Assembly (NCBI GenBank): GCA_964509605.1
Contig: CAZDXF010000001.1
Span: 79,619 to 143,618, forward strand
Direction: 5' to 3'
DNA length: 64,000 nt
Source: an uncultured Candidatus Saccharibacteria bacterium
Lineage (GTDB): Bacteria; Patescibacteriota; Minisyncoccia; Phycocordibacterales; Zambryskibacteraceae
The notes below the pieces were generated by a model. The model was given only the letters and a program-made list of their open reading frames with translations. It searched no databases and was not told the origin of the DNA. Numbering within the stretch: position 1 is the first letter of the stretch; the number at the start of each line of letters is the position of its first letter. This document shows, in pieces, positions 63,701 to 64,000 of this stretch. Position numbers and translations under genes: made by a program.

Positions 63701-64000
63701 ATGGCAAAAATAGTTCAAAAAGAAGATAAAATACTTCGCTCTATTGCAAAAGAAGTACCAATAAGCGAAATAAAAAGCAAAAAAGTTCAGAAAATCATAT
63801 CTGATATGAAAGCTCTTTTGGCAAAAGAGCCGGATGGCGTAGCGATAGCGGCGCCTCAAATCGGAGTTCCCTTTAGAATTTTTGTAGTGTCAGGAAAAGT
63901 AAAATCTTTTCTAGAAAAAACTGAAAAAGAGTACCCCGACTCTGTTTATATAAACCCTAAAATAACCAAATTATCAAAAGACAAAAAACTAATGGAAGAA
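63701..64000 (+). CDS. def: Peptide deformylase (5' 100 codons; truncated by window end)
   Basis: GVAIAAPQIGVPFRIFVV matches the conserved GxGxAAxQ motif 1 region of PDF. Confidence 0.85.
   Translation, partial: MAKIVQKEDKILRSIAKEVPISEIKSKKVQKIISDMKALLAKEPDGVAIAAPQIGVPFRIFVVSGKVKSFLEKTEKEYPDSVYINPKITKLSKDKKLMEE

Overview
This is a 64-kb window from an AT-rich bacterial chromosome with compact, largely Shine-Dalgarno-poor genes. The gene content (dcw cluster, many aminoacyl-tRNA synthetases, small proteins) suggests, by inference only, a small-genome CPR/Patescibacteria-like organism. The native backbone carries the following. dnaK (3' part) and dnaJ. A SET-domain protein and an orphan sensor histidine kinase. 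trpS and aspS/asnS. scpA and scpB. A D-Ala-D-Ala carboxypeptidase. mraY, ftsW, murG and gltX. An M23 peptidase. lexA with a GAAC-N4-GTTC box. A DsbA/VKOR pair and an SLT lytic transglycosylase. trhO. A HlyD/ABC efflux operon with an embedded GIY-YIG ORF. A DnaQ-like exonuclease. rpmA, rplI and ctpA. A CorA-like protein. cysS, dnaB, recR, rplU, rmuC and a GatB/YqeY-domain protein. An Ogt-type DNA-binding domain protein and a DoxX-family membrane protein. tRNA-Glu(CUC). The divergent dcw block mraZ-rsmH-ftsL-ftsI-murF. lysS and greA. mrdA-mreD-mreC-mreB. proS, rseP, frr and holB. A second mreB paralog, a priA-like gene and def (3'-truncated by the window end). Superimposed on this backbone are at least seven compositionally foreign, GC-rich (about 50-55% versus about 35%) transcription units that share one regulatory grammar. 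Each has a TTGACT(TTTT)-type -35 with a TATAAT-like -10, a strong GGAGG/AAGGAG Shine-Dalgarno sequence (which native genes mostly lack), and a long GC-rich hairpin terminator. Some have 26-32 bp perfect palindromic operators. These units encode only uncharacterised proteins. They include a three-gene operon ending in a MORC/MutL-like GHKL ATPase inserted directly upstream of mraZ, a stand-alone ClpP-family protease with two unknown partners, a glycine-zipper membrane protein plus a highly basic peptide, and a lipoprotein. I consider the GHKL-ATPase operon and the cassette family as a whole the best candidates for an undescribed accessory (possibly defence/stress) system. Other notable items are as follows. 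A promoter-to-terminator noncoding GC-rich locus near 50.6-50.9 kb, probably an essential structured RNA of unassigned class. An ambiguous GC-rich unit near 19.3-19.7 kb, which could be a small membrane ORF or an ncRNA. Long structured leaders upstream of the unlinked rplU and rpmA. An att-like direct repeat of the tRNA-Glu 3' end. A repeated TACTGTCTACTAACTA motif family. A ~50-bp promoter module shared in inverted orientation by holB and def. All calls are by eye from the sequence and the ORF track; no searches were run.
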